64,000 bases of DNA, taken from Torpedo marmorata. Lineage: Eukaryota. The notes under the pieces were generated by a model. It saw nothing but the letters and a program-made list of their open reading frames with translations. It was not told where the DNA came from and searched no databases. Location of the stretch: contig OZ360241.1 of assembly GCA_977017645.1 (NCBI GenBank), forward strand, positions 52,018,001 through 52,082,000. The letters are read 5' to 3'. Numbering within the stretch: position 1 is the stretch's first letter; each line of letters opens with the position of its first letter. This document shows positions 23,593 through 37,390 of the stretch, one piece after another. The position numbers were made by a program, and so were the translations under genes.

Positions 23593-24149
23593 ATTTGATT
23601 CTGCTGAAAAGAAAAAAAAAATACATTCTATATTAAATTAACCCATTTGAAACTTTTGACACCTAGGAGCCATGTAGCAATTGTGCAGGATGTATCACTG
23701 GATGGAAATTCATGGACTCATGGCTTTCCAGTTATGTCTTCCCTGACATGCATGCTATCATTGATGCAGGAACAGCAGCCAATTGCATGCAGTAGGAGAT
23801 TCCACACACTGCCAACAGGAGCTTGTATTTGTGACTTTTTTTATGTAAAAGAGTATCACGGGCTCTTGATGGGAGCAATTAAAAACGTCTTTTTTATTGA
23901 GCCCGCATCAGGAGGGCTTAGTCAAAGGCAAATTTTAATAAGGAGGTGAAAGAGGCAGAAAGATCTAAGGAGGTAATTGCAAAGCTTGCGACCTTGTCAG
24001 TGATGGAGAAATGAAAATGTTGCTGGTATTTGTCACAGGACCAGTCCCATTTAGGTTCATACAAGATACCCAGGTAATTCCTCCAATGCATTTACCTTCT
24101 CCCTAACAACCCTGTTATGAGCCAGTTGACCATTGTGGCAGGTTAAATA

Positions 24150-24850
24150 CTTTTTTTAAATTTTATTATTTAATTTAAATTTTTAAAATTACATAATACA
24201 TAATTCAAAATATATAATTTCAAAAATACAGTGATATAAATTTCCTCCCCCCACACCCTCTCACCCCTCCCCAACCCCCCCAACCCCACTATTCTAAAAA
24301 TAGAAATAGAAAAAGAAAAAAGAAAAAGAAAAGGAGATTAATAGAGATTAATAATGAGGAGAGAACCATCTGAAAACCATTTTTAATCTGGAGGTTAAAC
24401 TCGCCAATAGATCTGATTTCTAAAAAAAAATTTCAAATCCTCAAACCCATAACTCTCATATATGGGCTCCAAATTTTTTAAAAAGAATGATATTTATTAC
24501 GTAAATTATAAGTAATTTTTTCCAGAGGAATACACGAACGAAGTTCTGCATGCCATCTATCTAAATTCAAATCTAAATCTGATTTCCAAGTAATAGCAAT
24601 ACATTTTTTTGAAACAGCTAAAACAATACGCAAAAATTCTACCTGATACATATTCAATCTATTCCTAATACTAAATTTTCTAATATCTCCAAATAAAAAT
24701 AACATAGAATCCATTGGAAACATAACATTAAAAACTCTCTCTAAAAAATTCTTAACTTTAAGCCAAAAATCTTGAATCTTTGGACATAACCATGTAGAAT
24801 GAACAAAAGAACCTACTTCATTCTTACATCTAAAACACAAATCCGACAAT
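24150..24850 (-). mobile_element. L1 3' end (CCHC domain, 3' UTR, poly-A)
   Basis: ORF 24478-24849 CFRCKNEVGSFVHSTWLC; AATAAA and A tail on the minus strand at ~24150-24168. Confidence 0.85.
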
Positions 24851-25049
24851 GACGGATTAAATTTCTTCAGTTTTTTTGGTGTTAAGTATAATTAGCAGGT
24901 TAAATACTTGAGGACATTTGATTTGACCTTCTTGTAGTGGTTTCCCAGCAAACCAAACCTTTGGACTACTAAGATGGTTGCAGAAGACCCACCCAGGATA
25001 TAGCAGCACTGTGGCACTGAGCACAGAGGCACTGTGGCTGGGTTTCACT

Positions 25050-25490
25050 CTCACCTTACCTTGGACTAGTTGATTCAGGGTGAAACACCCATCCACCACC
25101 TCGAGCGTTCATTCCCTTCACCACCGGTGCAAAGTGGCTTCAGTGTACCCCATCCACAAAAATGCATCAACAAATGAGGTCACTTACCTGAGCCACTCTA
25201 ACATCAACTCTCATACGTGCGACTGGGAAAGGAAAGAAAGCAACGGGTCCATTAGGACACCACCATCTGCAGGTTCCCCTCCGAGACACACCATCCTCTC
25301 TTTGTATATATGTCCCCATTCTTCACTGTTGCCGGGTCTAAATCCTGTGCAGCTGTGTGGGAATACCTTCCCCAGGATGATTGCAGCAGTTCAAGAAGAT
25401 GGCTTAAATACCACCTTCTCAAGGACTATTTGGCACAAGCAATAAATGCTGGTCTTGTCAGCAATGCTCAGGTCCCAAAACAGGAATACA
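25050..25490 (+). mobile_element. Old LINE (CR1/L2-group) 3' fragment
   Basis: SVHSLHHRCKVASVYPIHK-like remnant and recurrent 3' end GCAATAAATGCTGG(C/T)CTTG(C/T)CAGCAATG, also seen near 16565, 29040, 53035 and 54820. Confidence 0.55.
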
Positions 25491-26598
25491 TGGAAAATAA
25501 ACTAAAGAACCACAGACGTGTAAAATATAGGTAGATGTGGACCTTTCTCCTTGTATTCTTCTCCCATTTAAATCCTCTGCATTTTCGGGGATAATAATGT
25601 TAAATGCAATAGGTTGTGATGAGATCTATAAAAAAAGTGAATGGTTTGTGTCATTCTCACAGCAGACCATCTGCCCAGAATCCAGCAGCTCTTTAAAAGA
25701 CAGCTCAATAAGTTATTTGCTCAGCAATTTGTCCTCAGTCATATTGATGGTCAATTATTTCTCCCCAAATTTTGTGAACTCAATCTTACATTTGAGTGTA
25801 ATAATTTGAATTTGTGATGTCACTCCCTTTTACACTACCTTCTGAAATCAAAATTGATGAATTTTGTTCTGTTTATTTCTCTTAATTTTAAGTGTTTAGG
25901 GTATTATAGTGTTACGTCTAATGGATCATGATGGTATCTATATTAAAATAAATGAGGGTTGTACTTGCAATGCTATTAGTGTCTGAAATGCATAAAATAC
26001 ATTAGCAACAATTAATATATTGGTAGAAATGTATACTATAATGGATAGAGAGGGTTAACATGCACTCCCTGAGGAAGTATAATCCATCTCCGTCATGAAC
26101 AGCTCTTAGTGTAGATGATATGCCCATGCCTTCAGCCTTCTCACTGTAAAATGCAACATAAAACTATGTCAGGCAGATAAAAAGCTTTTCATTTATTAAC
26201 CTGATGTGAAGTTGACAGGTATTTTAATTCTATTTATTTTGTTTCTATTTATGGTTATCTTTTATGCATCAAGGAAGCTTGGGGTAAAGGCAGATGTAAA
26301 ATAACCAGCCCGTTAGTTACTGACACCAACATATGTGGTCATTATTTCCTGCCATTCCTGAATGCCACCTGAGAGGCAGTTCAAAAGATGGCACGCTCCT
26401 TCCTCGCTGAGTTGTATCTTTATCTGAAACACTCAGTGTCATTTAAGGTGAGAGGGGGTGGAAGTATACAGCAATTGTGCAGGTCAAGTTTTTTTATACA
26501 GAGAGTGGGCTTCCAGGGGTAGTGGTGCAAGAAGATACAATGGTAGCTTTTAGGAGACATCAAGGCAGACACTAGTGTGTAGACTGTAGAGTATAGAG

Positions 26599-27383
26599 CA
26601 GTGATTTTCAAACTTTTTCTTTCCACTCACATACCACCTTAAGTAATCCCACATCGAGGGTTCAGTAGTGGAGAGGGTCAAGAACTTCAAATTCCTGGGT
26701 GTCAACATCTCCGAGGATCTGTCCTGGAGCCTCCATGTGGATGCAATCACAAAGAAGGCTCGCCAGCGGCTATACTTTGTGAGGTATCTGAGGAGATTCA
26801 GTATGTCACCGAAGACTCTCGTAAACTTCTACAGGTGTAACGTGGAGAGCATTCTGGCTGGTTGAATCACTGCCTGGTATGGAGGCGCCAACTCTCAGGA
26901 CAAGAGTAAACTCCAGAGGGTTGTTAACTCGGCCTGCGACATCACAGGCACCAAACTTCACTCCATCGAGGACATCTACATGAGGCGGTGTCTTAAAAAA
27001 GCAGCCTCTATCCTCAAAGACCCCCACCACCCAGGCCATGCCCTCTTCACTCTGCTACCATCGGGAAAAAGGTTCAGGAGCCTAAAGGTGAGCACTCAAC
27101 GGCACAAGGACAGCTTCTTCCCTGCTGCCATCAGATTCCTGAATAATCAATGAACCAAAGACACTGCCTCACTTTTCGTGCACTATTATTTTTATTTTTT
27201 ATATTAATGTTGTAAGATGGTTATAATATGAATGTTTGCACTATGATGCTGCTGCAAAACACCGAATTTCGTGACTTGTTCATGACAATAAATTCTGATT
27301 CTGATTCTAATCACAGAGCACCTATGGCATAGGGATTACTTAAGGTGGTATGTGAGTGGAAAGAAAAAGTTTGAAAACCACTG
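26599..27383. mobile_element. hAT (Charlie-like) MITE interrupted by a Rex1/Babar LINE
   Basis: Long TIR CAGTG(A/G)TTTTCAAACTTTTTCTTTCCACTCACATACCACCTTAAGTAATCCC; 8 bp TSD GTATAGAG/ATATAGAG. Confidence 0.85.
26651..27308 (+). mobile_element. Rex1/Babar LINE 3' fragment nested in the MITE
   Basis: VERVKNFKFLGVNISEDLSWSLHVDAITKKARQRLYF; (TCTGAT)n tail. Confidence 0.9.
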
Positions 27384-27647
27384 ATATAGAGGGATATGTG
27401 CAGGCAAAAGAGATATAGTTTAATCTGGCATCATGTTCGGTGCAGACATCATGGGCCATAGGGCTTGTTCCAGTGCAGCTCTGTTCTATCTTCTGTGACT
27501 TGACTTGTGTGCCATCTAGAGCTATTTGACTGTAAAAGGCACAACGCGCAGCCAATTTCTTCACAGTCGGAAGAATGAGAACTCTGGTTGATTATTCCAG
27601 CATCCTCAACCTGCTATCAATACCCAAAAGTGTTGTGGACATTTCTA

Positions 27648-28118
27648 ATGTCAAGTCAAATCAAATTTATTGTCAGCCGATTGCACAAGTACAACCTGAC
27701 GTAACAGCGTTCTCCAGTCCTTGGTGCAAAACATGCAGACACACAACCAAACATAACACGCATACAGACAAACAATATATATGCAGGACAAGTATTAATC
27801 TACAAAAATAAATAAATAAATATTGTTTCATGAATATGACAGTCTCTGATGGTTAGTGTGAGCAGTTCCTTTGGTCGTTCCTCAGCCTGTTGGTGCTGGC
27901 TCTGGTACTCCTGTATCTCTTTCCTGAACGGAGCAGCTTAAAGATGTTGTGTAGGGGTGAAAGGGGGTCTCAATGATCTTGCGCGCCCGCTTCAGACAAC
28001 GATCCCGGTAGATCCCATCAATGGGGGAGGGGGGAAGGGAGACTTCAGTGATCCTCTCTACCACTCTTATGGTCCTGTGGATTGACCTCCAATCCATTTC
28101 TCTGCAGCAACCGTACCA
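27648..28118 (-). mobile_element. Rex1/Babar LINE 3' fragment (third subfamily)
   Basis: EMDWRSIHRTIRVVERITEVSLP; homologous to 44446-45170; (GACTT)n tail. Confidence 0.82.
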
Positions 28119-28469
28119 TCCCAGTAGAGAATAACGATACTCGTCTAAACTTACATAAGTTAGTGACTCTCCAGAGCATTTCCATCAAGAAGCACAGTTC
28201 AAGGGTTGATGAAATAATTTCCATATGCCTGAATGAGAGTATTTCGAATGCTCAAGAAACACAAAACGACCTAGGGCGAAGCCCACTTGAATGGAACCTA
28301 CTCACCATCTAATGGTGCAAGGTAGGGGCAGTGTGTGCCATCTACAAGAGACATTGCTGCAAATTTCCACTGCTTTATCAGCAGTATCTCTTACTACAAC
28401 TTTTACTGTAAGAATGACAAGGCAGATGCATGATCCATACAGACACACCAAATAGTTCAACAAGCAATC

Positions 28470-29003
28470 CAGCTGCATCACGGTCTTGAATGGGGACACC
28501 AATACTCCTGAGCGTAAAGCACTGCAAAAGGCAGTGAACGCAGCCCAGGACATCATAGGCAAAACCCTCCCCACTATCGAGAACATCTACAGGGAACGCT
28601 GCCATCGGAGAGCAGCAGCAATCATCAAGGATCCACTCCACCCAGCACACACTCTGTTCTCGCTGCTACCATCAGGAAAGAGGTATAGGTGCCACAAGAC
28701 TCGCACCACCGGGTTCAGGAACAGCTGCTACCCCTCCACCAACAGACTCCTCAACAACAAACTCAATCAGGGACTTATTTAAGGACTCTTATCTTTGCAC
28801 TTTATTGATTTTTTCTCTCTCTCTGTATTGCACACTCAGTTTGTTTACATTTTTATATTAGTTTTTACATGTGTACGTTGAGTCAGGTTTTTTTTTGCAC
28901 TTGCCAGTAAGTGGTAATTGTGCCTCGCCCGCAGGAAAAATAATCTCGGGATTGTATGTGGTCATGTATGTACTCTGACAATAAATCTGAAGTCTGAAAT
29001 CTG
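28470..29003 (+). mobile_element. Rex1/Babar LINE 3' fragment
   Basis: ORF 28486-28782 homologous to 17650-17979; tail TGACAATAAATCTGAAGTCTGAA. Confidence 0.88.
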
Positions 29004-29997
29004 ACCTACATTTACTTGAGGGAAGTAGGGAAAGTCGTTAATGCTGGCCTTGCCAGCAATGTCTACATTCCAAGAAACAATAAAGTGGGGGGTTGTCACT
29101 GGACTTTTCTGGTCCATGCCGCGCAAAATTCCATTGGTCAAACAAACTGCTACCTAAACCCATTGGGACAGTTTTTGTGTATTTTTAAAGGCAAAGGGTA
29201 AAAGTGCAGAAGGTTGAAATAAAATCCAATGTTTAAATATATTTTTACAGTCCTCGTTAAACCCTGCCGAGTTAAATTGCATTATGTGAATGGTAATGGA
29301 CAATTGGCAAGAACGTTCCAGGCTTTAGTTTCATTGAATGCTCATTAAAGTGTCATAAACCAGCAAAGTTTGACCAATTTATGAATAGCAGCAGAACCCT
29401 GAGATTGAATAACAAGCAAAGCCGAAAGTAGCTATTTGTCATTTATACTGAACAGTTTATCTTTTCTTTAGTTTCTCACCATTGCTTCTTTTCTTACTCT
29501 TGCTGGAACATAATTCTATGGGCAACAGAAGCTCACAGACAGTTTGGAAGAGGAGCAGGTTATCTCTGTTCTCCCATTGACTGTGAAGTTCCTCAACTCC
29601 ATTTACTGCCCTTTGAGACAAATCCCTTCTAAATTTGCCAAATAAAAACCATCCATTCAAGTCTTGAAAATTTCAACTGAGCCACAGTATCCACTAACTT
29701 GGGAAGAGATTTTAGATTCCCATTCCCCTCTGTGTAAAAAAAATACAGTCTTAATTTTAATTCTGATTATAGCCAGTGCTAATTTTAAGACTATGCCCTT
29801 TATCTGCACACCCCATCAGAGTAAATAGGTTTCCTTTCTCTGTGGTAAATTACTTTGCTATGTTATAAAGTTATTAAGTCACCCATTTAGTCCTCTAAAC
29901 TCAAGCAATTAAACGGTGTAATGGCACTGATTTACCACAGCTAACAAACAAATAAAGAAGACACTCACTCGTTTCTTTCAGCACACCATGAAGTCGA

Positions 29998-31210
29998 CTT
30001 TTTCTTTTCTTTTTAAAATATTTTTATTGAGTTTAACATATATCATATATACATGATCCATAATAGACAGATAATAAATCTTTTCGTATACATATAGTAT
30101 AACTTATTGGAACTACATAGAACTATTTTCCATATAGATCAAAGTTAAATTCTATTTGATTTAAAAAATTAACAGTAATAGCCATAGCTAAACCCCTTTC
30201 CCAATTGCTCAAAATAAGGAAAGAAACAAACAAAAAATAAAAAAAAGAAAACAAAAAAGAAAAAATCCAACAAAAAAAAACTAACCTAATTCTAATCTAT
30301 CCCCTTCCTCTAATCAAGATTGCCATTTAGGTAAAAAAAAAAAGGGTACAAATATGGATCAAACAACGACCTCCAGACACCAGACAAAGACTCCTCGGAG
30401 CATCCAAACCTATTAAATCTTCCAATCGTGATAATATTCCATGAATGGGCCCCAGATCTTATCAAATTGAAAGTTATTGTCTTTAATGTTGTATCTAATT
30501 TTCTCTGGACTTAAACAAGACATTACATCGTGTAACCACTGCGTCGAGGCGGAATCTTCTTTCCATTTCAATAGAATTGCCCGTCTGGCTATCAGCATAG
30601 TAAAAGCTAAAACTCTCTCCTGGGTTGCAGATAGAAGTACATCCGATGCTCAAGAAAATCCAAATAAAGCAATTAATGGGCATGGTTCTAGTTTAATCTT
30701 AAAAATCGTTGATAAAATTTGAAATATATTTTCCCGGAATCTTCCTAAATTTGGACATTCCCAAACCATATGAATCAATGAAGCTTCAAAAATTTTACAC
30801 TTCTCACATAGTGGGTCAATATCTACATAAAAACGAGATAATTTGAGTTTAGACATGTGTACTCTATGTACCACTTTAAATTGTAATAAACAATGCCTGG
30901 CACAGAATGAGGAATCATTGATCAAACTAATAGAATGCCAATCTTCATCTGAAAAAGTTATGTTCAAATCATGTTCCCAATCATTCTTAATGCCAGTCAT
31001 TGAGACTGATTTTAAATTCAACAACTCACTATAGATACATGATACTGATCCACCATGAACAAACTGCAAGTTAAACAATAAGTTCAGAATATTTGCTTCG
31101 GGAATTCGAGGAAAATCCGAAAGTTTAGACTGAACAAAATGCCTGACTTGTAAGTATCTAAAAAGATGTCTATTAGAAAGATTAAATTTAGTTAATAATT
31201 GTCGACTTTT
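29998..31210 (-). mobile_element. L1 3' end (ORF2 C-terminus, 3' UTR, poly-A)
   Basis: LFRYLQVRHF...QFKVVHRVH...CEKCKIFEASLIHMVWEC...FDKIWGPF; AATAAA and A tail near 30000-30028; possible TSD AGTCGAC/TGTCGAC-TTTT. Confidence 0.88.
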
Positions 31211-31549
31211 TTTATTATTCACTAGGCTAGACACAACATTGCATTCTTCAACTCCCCAAACACCACCCAGCTAAACTCCTCTGACCTTCTTATTGGCTCA
31301 CTGCCACACGGGTGATCACTCTCCTCCTCCCGATGAAGGTAAGTACGCGACCACGACAATGGTTTTCATTTCTAACAGATTAACATTTTCTACACCATTT
31401 GTTATCATACAATTGGTGGTCCATTCCCGTATCGACTACCTATTTCAACCACTCTAACACTCCAGCCCTGTCTCTGCTCAAATGTTAGTAAAATCCGTTT
31501 CTGTGACTTTGTTATCTCTGAACTCATTTTTCCCAACCTTTTCCAGCTC

Positions 31550-31870
31550 ACCACTCACCTTGCAGCCTCTATGGACTTGAGCTCATCCAAAACCTTGTGT
31601 TTGATTTCCTCATCAGCCTCAAGTCCCATTCAACCATCATCCATGAGCTCACTGGCTCAGCAATATCCCAAATTTAAAATTCTCACTTTATATCCTCAAC
31701 CTCTCTACCTCCGTCACCTCCCAGATTTCTGAAATTTTGGGTCTCCTCCATTTATAGTTTCTGTATCCCAAACCTCTACTGTTCTACCATTAAAAGCTTT
31801 CTGCTGGTCAGTCAGGTATGATATACTCACAAAATCCCTCCATCTCACCTTCTCTCGTTCATGGTTATAC
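31550..31870 (+). mobile_element. Old L2-like LINE fragment
   Basis: Degraded CACTGGCTC...TTTAAAATTCTCA..CCTC..TACCTC pattern of L2 3' ends. Confidence 0.4.
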
Positions 31871-32029
31871 TTAACTTTATTTGTCACATTATACTTGGTC
31901 CAGTGTGAAAGGTTCTTCCATGAGTGATCCGACAGGTCAACTCTAGCATACATGCAGCCATATAAAGTAGAAGGGCAAGAGCAAAATTACAGAGCGTAGC
32001 GTTACAATGCGGACAAAAATCAATTCATA

Positions 32030-32292
32030 AGGCGGCACGGTTAGCGTAGCGGTTAGCGCAACTCTATTACAGCGCCAATGACTCTGGTTCGAATCCAGCG
32101 CTGTCTGTAAGGACTTTGTACATTCTCCCTGTGCCTGCGTGGGTTTCCTCCGGGTGCTCTGGTTTCCTCCCACCCTCCAAAATGTACCGGCATTGTAGGT
32201 CAATTGGGTGTAATTAGGCGGCACGGGCTCATTGGCCGAAAGGGCCTGTTACCGTGCTGTATGTCTAAATTAAAAATTAATTAAAATTAAAA
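32030..32292 (+). mobile_element. V-SINE, full length, inserted in a Rex1-like 3' stub (31860-32375, minus)
   Basis: Homologous to 5958-6224; flanks resume Rex1-like sequence (GAGCCTGATGGCTGCAGGGAAGAA). Confidence 0.85.
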
Positions 32293-33984
32293 TACAAAAC
32301 AAGGACAGCAGAAGAGCACTGTTGTGGGGCTCATTCAAGAGCCTGATGGCTGCAGGGAAGAAATGGTCTTTGAAGAAATCTGTTGACTAGAAGAAAGTGA
32401 CTTTGACTAAATTATTCATCTCCTGTCCTAATATGGTCTCCAGTTTTGGCTGAGAACTCGGAGACAACATTGAGCAATCATGACAAAATTCAAACCTCTG
32501 GTTTTGAAAAACAGTGTTGAACTTTTGAGATTCTTCCAGCAGGAACATTCAGAAATCCCTAGGAGAATATTTTGATGGTGAAGATCATCTGCTGTGGAAG
32601 GGGAATCATGTACAGCAGTTCAATAAACCCACGCAACAAAATATTTGAATCAAATTTGAGAGACAATAAATATCATGACCCCAGCTAGCTGACACTTGTC
32701 AAAGTATTAAAGCAATCTGAACTTTCTTAGACATTCAAAATATGCTGAAATAGTAAGAAATTAAAAAGAAAAGAAACCTAAGTTTTTAAAAATAAACATT
32801 TTAAAACACATCTAAACATTTTAGTGCATACGATTGTCATTCAAGTTCCCAGAAAGTTTACAGGCCATTGAGCCTATGCCAGCTCAACGCAAGAGCAATC
32901 CAGCAAGTCTCATTCCCCCACCTTCCCCTCGTAGCCCTGCAATTTAAATCCTGTCAAATACTTTTGAATTCATTTTGAAGATAATTTGTTAAAAGGATTT
33001 TAAAAGTTAAATCCTATTTAATAGGTTACAAAATTACAAGCTCTTAGGCAAGGGCTTGCACAGAGAAAGGACCAACAGCAATCTACTACCCTGGAGCAAG
33101 GTGCTTTGACAAGTCTGGAACTTGGAGACACAGAATTTTTTTGCTCATGTTCTTGCTCTCTGACTGAACTCAAGGAGTCAAGTGTCGGAGTCCAATCTGT
33201 TGTCCAGCAGCAAGTCGGTGACAGCAACCTCACCATTTCCATTTTTATCTTCACACACAACCTTGAAAATGTCAGCTACGTGGAATCATGATGCTGAATG
33301 GTGATTGTTTTGCTGACATTTCCCCACCGGTTCCAGGCCATTGTTTGGTTATAAATTATTCCTGCAATAGTTTTGTACACTAAAGATCTATAGAAGTACA
33401 GAAATAAAGACATAAAATGGTGGAAACTGGCCAGACAGCACCTGTGTACAGAGAAGCAAAGTTAATATTTCAGCTTTAATGCTTCGTGTGTATTTGGGTT
33501 CTCGTGCACTTTTTTAAAAAATTCCCAGAACAGAAGCATCAAGAAAACAAGATTCCACTCTCAACATAATCTGAAGCATGGTGAATGCAATGTTGTAACA
33601 GTTCGCCAAGGGTAGTTTATGGAGGTGTAGTGATCACAGCAGCATTATACTAACAGTTGCACTTAATACTTAACATACATGAGTTGCACTCCAATGTATT
33701 GTTGGCAACTTCCTCTCAGAAGTATGATGGTTTGTTGGTCATCACTATGATGAACATTTTCTGGTGTGGTTCAGGAGATTACCTCTGATGTGCCAATCAC
33801 TGCCACACTTGCTGAAAACGAATTGCCTGAATGGATTGGATTGTGTCATTTAACATAGGTTTTATCAAAATGTGAATAAGTGCTGCTGTGGGCGAGTAAT
33901 GTTTGCCTCCTATTAGAACAAGTGTTCCTATAAAGAATGGGTTTTCAATAAAGATTGCTATTTGCTTTCCCTGTGTAAGATTTT

Positions 33985-34112
33985 TTTTAATTTAGAGAGA
34001 CAGCACAGTAACAGACCCTTCCAGCCCTGGACCCGTGCTGCCCAAATGCACCCATGTGACCAACCCTGTACATCTTTGGAATGCAGGAGGAAACCAGAGC
34101 ACCTGGAGGAAA
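33985..34112 (-). mobile_element. V-SINE 3' fragment
   Basis: Reverse complement of the V domain and tail. Confidence 0.7.
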
Positions 34113-34609
34113 CCACAAAGCAATGCATATTATTATTTTTTTCTAATTGGAGATGGCACAATACTATTTTAAAATCAGTATTTTGCTTTAATGTACCTTG
34201 CTCTTAGTATATAAAGCTTTAGCGAATTCAAAGGGCACACGGACAAGGCCTTGATTGATTGCTCTTAGACGTACAATTAAAAAGATGCAGGCTGCCTGTT
34301 CCAACCTTAGAAAGGGATAACAAAGACAGCCTGCTCCCTTGAGGCAAGACTGCTCCTTTGTCGTACATTTTCCTTTCTGGTCCAAAACTTTTCATGGAGC
34401 CTTTTCAGAGACCATTTTTATCATTAAGTTGATGTATGTTCAACTGCACAATGTTATTTATTAATTCATTCATGGGATGCAGACATTATCAGCAAGGCCA
34501 ATATTTATGGCTGATTTCCAGCAGCCCATGAGAAGGTGAGCGACCTTCTTGAACCCCTGCAGTCCTTTTGAAGGTGCTCTCACAGCAGTTTTGGGGAGGG
34601 AATTCCAGA

Positions 34610-35973
34610 CAGTGGCGTCACTAGGGTTGGTGTCACCCAGTGCGGTAACTCATGGTGTCACCCCCCCCACCCCCACCCCCTCCTCCCGTACCAGACAATA
34701 CAGAATCCTTAGTAATGTTTTTTGTACTAATGTTTTATAGTTGTAAAAATATAGAATAATATGTGATAAATATAGTTGTAAATTGCTGAAGTGTAATATT
34801 TCTTAGATGATATGAAAACTAACAACAAAATTGTTTTGTAAAATCTTTCTACATTGAATTACAACATTATTAGTTCAACATTATTAGTAACTGAACGGAA
34901 GCCTTTTTTGATTTTTCTCCTTCTTTTCCTTTAATTGCTACTTCATTCTCAAAAACTATAGTGACTTCAATCCAACAATAGTCATTGGAGGCTGTGAGAT
35001 ATTTGTTTATGACGCGTTTCAATTAATTTACTAACAAAGTCCGATATGTTCAAAAAACTTTATTTACACATGTGACTTGCAGCAATCTTCAATGACTTAA
35101 ATATAAACAGTTCTTGATAACGATGTTTAATGAGTTCCTTTAAACGATTCCTTTGACTGTATTTAGATGTTCAATTAAATGACTTTAAACCATAATGAAA
35201 CGAGTTTAAATGTTCAATGAAACGTGGCTAAATGTTCCATGAAACGGTCAATGAAAGATATGGCGATCTCACTCACCCTCCTCTAAGCCTCCATCTTTTT
35301 CCAATTCTTTTTCCCGATTCGCGCATGCTCAATGCGCCTATTTCACCGCGCACACTCCACCGCGCACACTGCCGTCATTCCCAACTGCGCATGCGCCCGT
35401 CGGCACTCTCGCACATGTGCAGAGTACTAAATAGGCCTAGCACGGCCTACAAACACCGCGACTCCTCCGTAACCCGCCGAGAACATCGCAGCGCCGCGAC
35501 CAAGGTAAGTAATCAAGCCTACGGCTCTTACAAAAACCTTATTGATATAGTTTCACAAATACTAATTACTACAAAACACCAGAAAATTTGACAAAAGCAG
35601 CGACTATAAAAACACCAGCAGCAACGAAAACAACAGCACGTGCTTGTAGCGCGTGCAGACGAAACCACATGATTCGAAGCGTCATTGTAATTGGGTAATG
35701 ATGACAGCTCTGACCGGAACGCATTAGAAGGTTCAAAAGTAAATTAGCATAGAGTTTTAGCCTTGTAGGTATATTGATACGTGTAAACTAGGCTTACGAA
35801 AAATGTTTTTGTTGTTATAACTAACTACAGGGATATTTTTCTAAAAAATAATAAATTTCTGCTGAAACACTGCACAAAAATTTTATAGACAGTCATTTTG
35901 GTGTCACCCCCTCTGATGGTGTCTGTCACCCGGTGCGGTCCGCACCTCCCGCACCCCCCTAGTGACGCCAGTG
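34610..35973. mobile_element. Non-autonomous hAT DNA transposon (1364 bp)
   Basis: TIR CAGTGGCGTCACTAGGG / CCCTAGTGACGCCAGTG (1 mismatch); 8 bp TSD ATTCCAGA/GTTCCAGA; subterminal GGTGTCACCC repeats at both ends. Confidence 0.88.
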
Positions 35974-36171
35974 GTTCCAGATTAAATGAACAGAGAAATG
36001 CCTCCAAGTCAGGATAGTATGCGAATTGAAGGGGAACTTGCAGATACTGGTGTCCTTTGCCATTGTTGCCCTAGTTTGTCAAAGTAGTAGAAGTTGCGGG
36101 TTTGGAAGGTGCTATCTGAATAACCAAGGAGAGTAATTGCATTATGTGGAAGACATGTAGCCTCTGTATTA

Positions 36172-36428
36172 CAGGTGCCCCCCACGTATGGGCGGGGGCT
36201 ATGTTCCCAGAAAACAGTCCAAGCCGCGATTTTCTGTAATGCCAAGCGGGGTAGTCCACACATCCATCAAGAAATACGAGTTGAAAAAAAATTGTTTATT
36301 TACTTAATAATTTTACACACATTCTGTGAGCAAATCTTATACTGTATCTCATGTTTTTGGGTAATGACGTGAATTCTGTAAGGGTGAATTTCGGTAACCT
36401 GAACAGCCATAATGCGGAGGTTTGCCTG
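36172..36428. mobile_element. Tc1/mariner-pogo (Tigger-like) MITE
   Basis: TA-CAGGTGCCCCCCACG...GCGGAGGTTTGCCTG imperfect TIR; CpG-rich interior. Confidence 0.45.
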
Positions 36429-36974
36429 CACTTTATGTCTACCCTTTAGAAATTATAACACGTGACAAATTGCTTTTTAATTGTTGACACAAATGATTCA
36501 GTATGGACAGAATCCTGTATTGGAGTAAAAGCACAAATAAGTCCTGTTTGTCTCCGTACATGTTTTGGATTTTTTAAGCACCATGACTTTAAGTTACCAG
36601 CTAACCTCTAATATCTTAGTGAATGAGAGAAAGTACCAAGACAGAACAATGGTGAAAAGAGCAAATATTGGGTTGATGGCCAGGGTGCCAAAAGGACAGT
36701 TCACATCTGACTTAAGTAGAAAGGGGTGGAGTGTCTTGCTGTTTTGAAATACAAATTTAAGGTTTTATGTTTCATTGTTTCATGTTTTAGCCACATCTCC
36801 CACTACCCCGTCTTTCCCAACTGATTTTCTTATTTCCTTTCCTGTTTCTGATGGATTATTTTGGGCAACATACCCACTGACACTGGCTGTTCGATCAAGT
36901 TGTAATTTTTCTTCAAAACCTGTAGCATGGAAGGAGACCCTCTGGGCTATCAAGCATCTCGTGGCAGATCTCCA

Positions 36975-37390
36975 TTCACTCTGTCTATACCTCCCACTGC
37001 CTTGGGGAAACTGCCAATAGATTAAAGCATCCATCCTACTCTGGGCCCACTCGCTTCTTCCCCATTCTGTGAGGTGTAAGATACACAAGCTTTAAAATAC
37101 AAACCCCCAGATTAAAAGACAGTTTCCTTTCTGCTGCTATCAGATGTTCAAATGGACTTCTCATTGGTAAGTGATGTCCCTGCATGCTTTAACCATACTT
37201 TCCTCTATACCCTCCACTTTGTCTTGCAACACTTTCACTTTTTGACACTGTAACACTACACCCTGCACTTTCTTTTTGTTATTTCACGTCCTGCTGAACC
37301 TAACTATGGGTTGACCTGCCTAGATTGCATGCAAACAAAGATTTTCACCGTGTCTCGATGCACATGACAATAAACAGTTCAAATTGAAAG
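36975..37390 (+). mobile_element. Degenerate Rex1/Babar-type 3' fragment
   Basis: AGATTAAAAGACAGTTTCCTTTCTGCTGCTATCAGA...CATGACAATAAAC. Confidence 0.55.
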
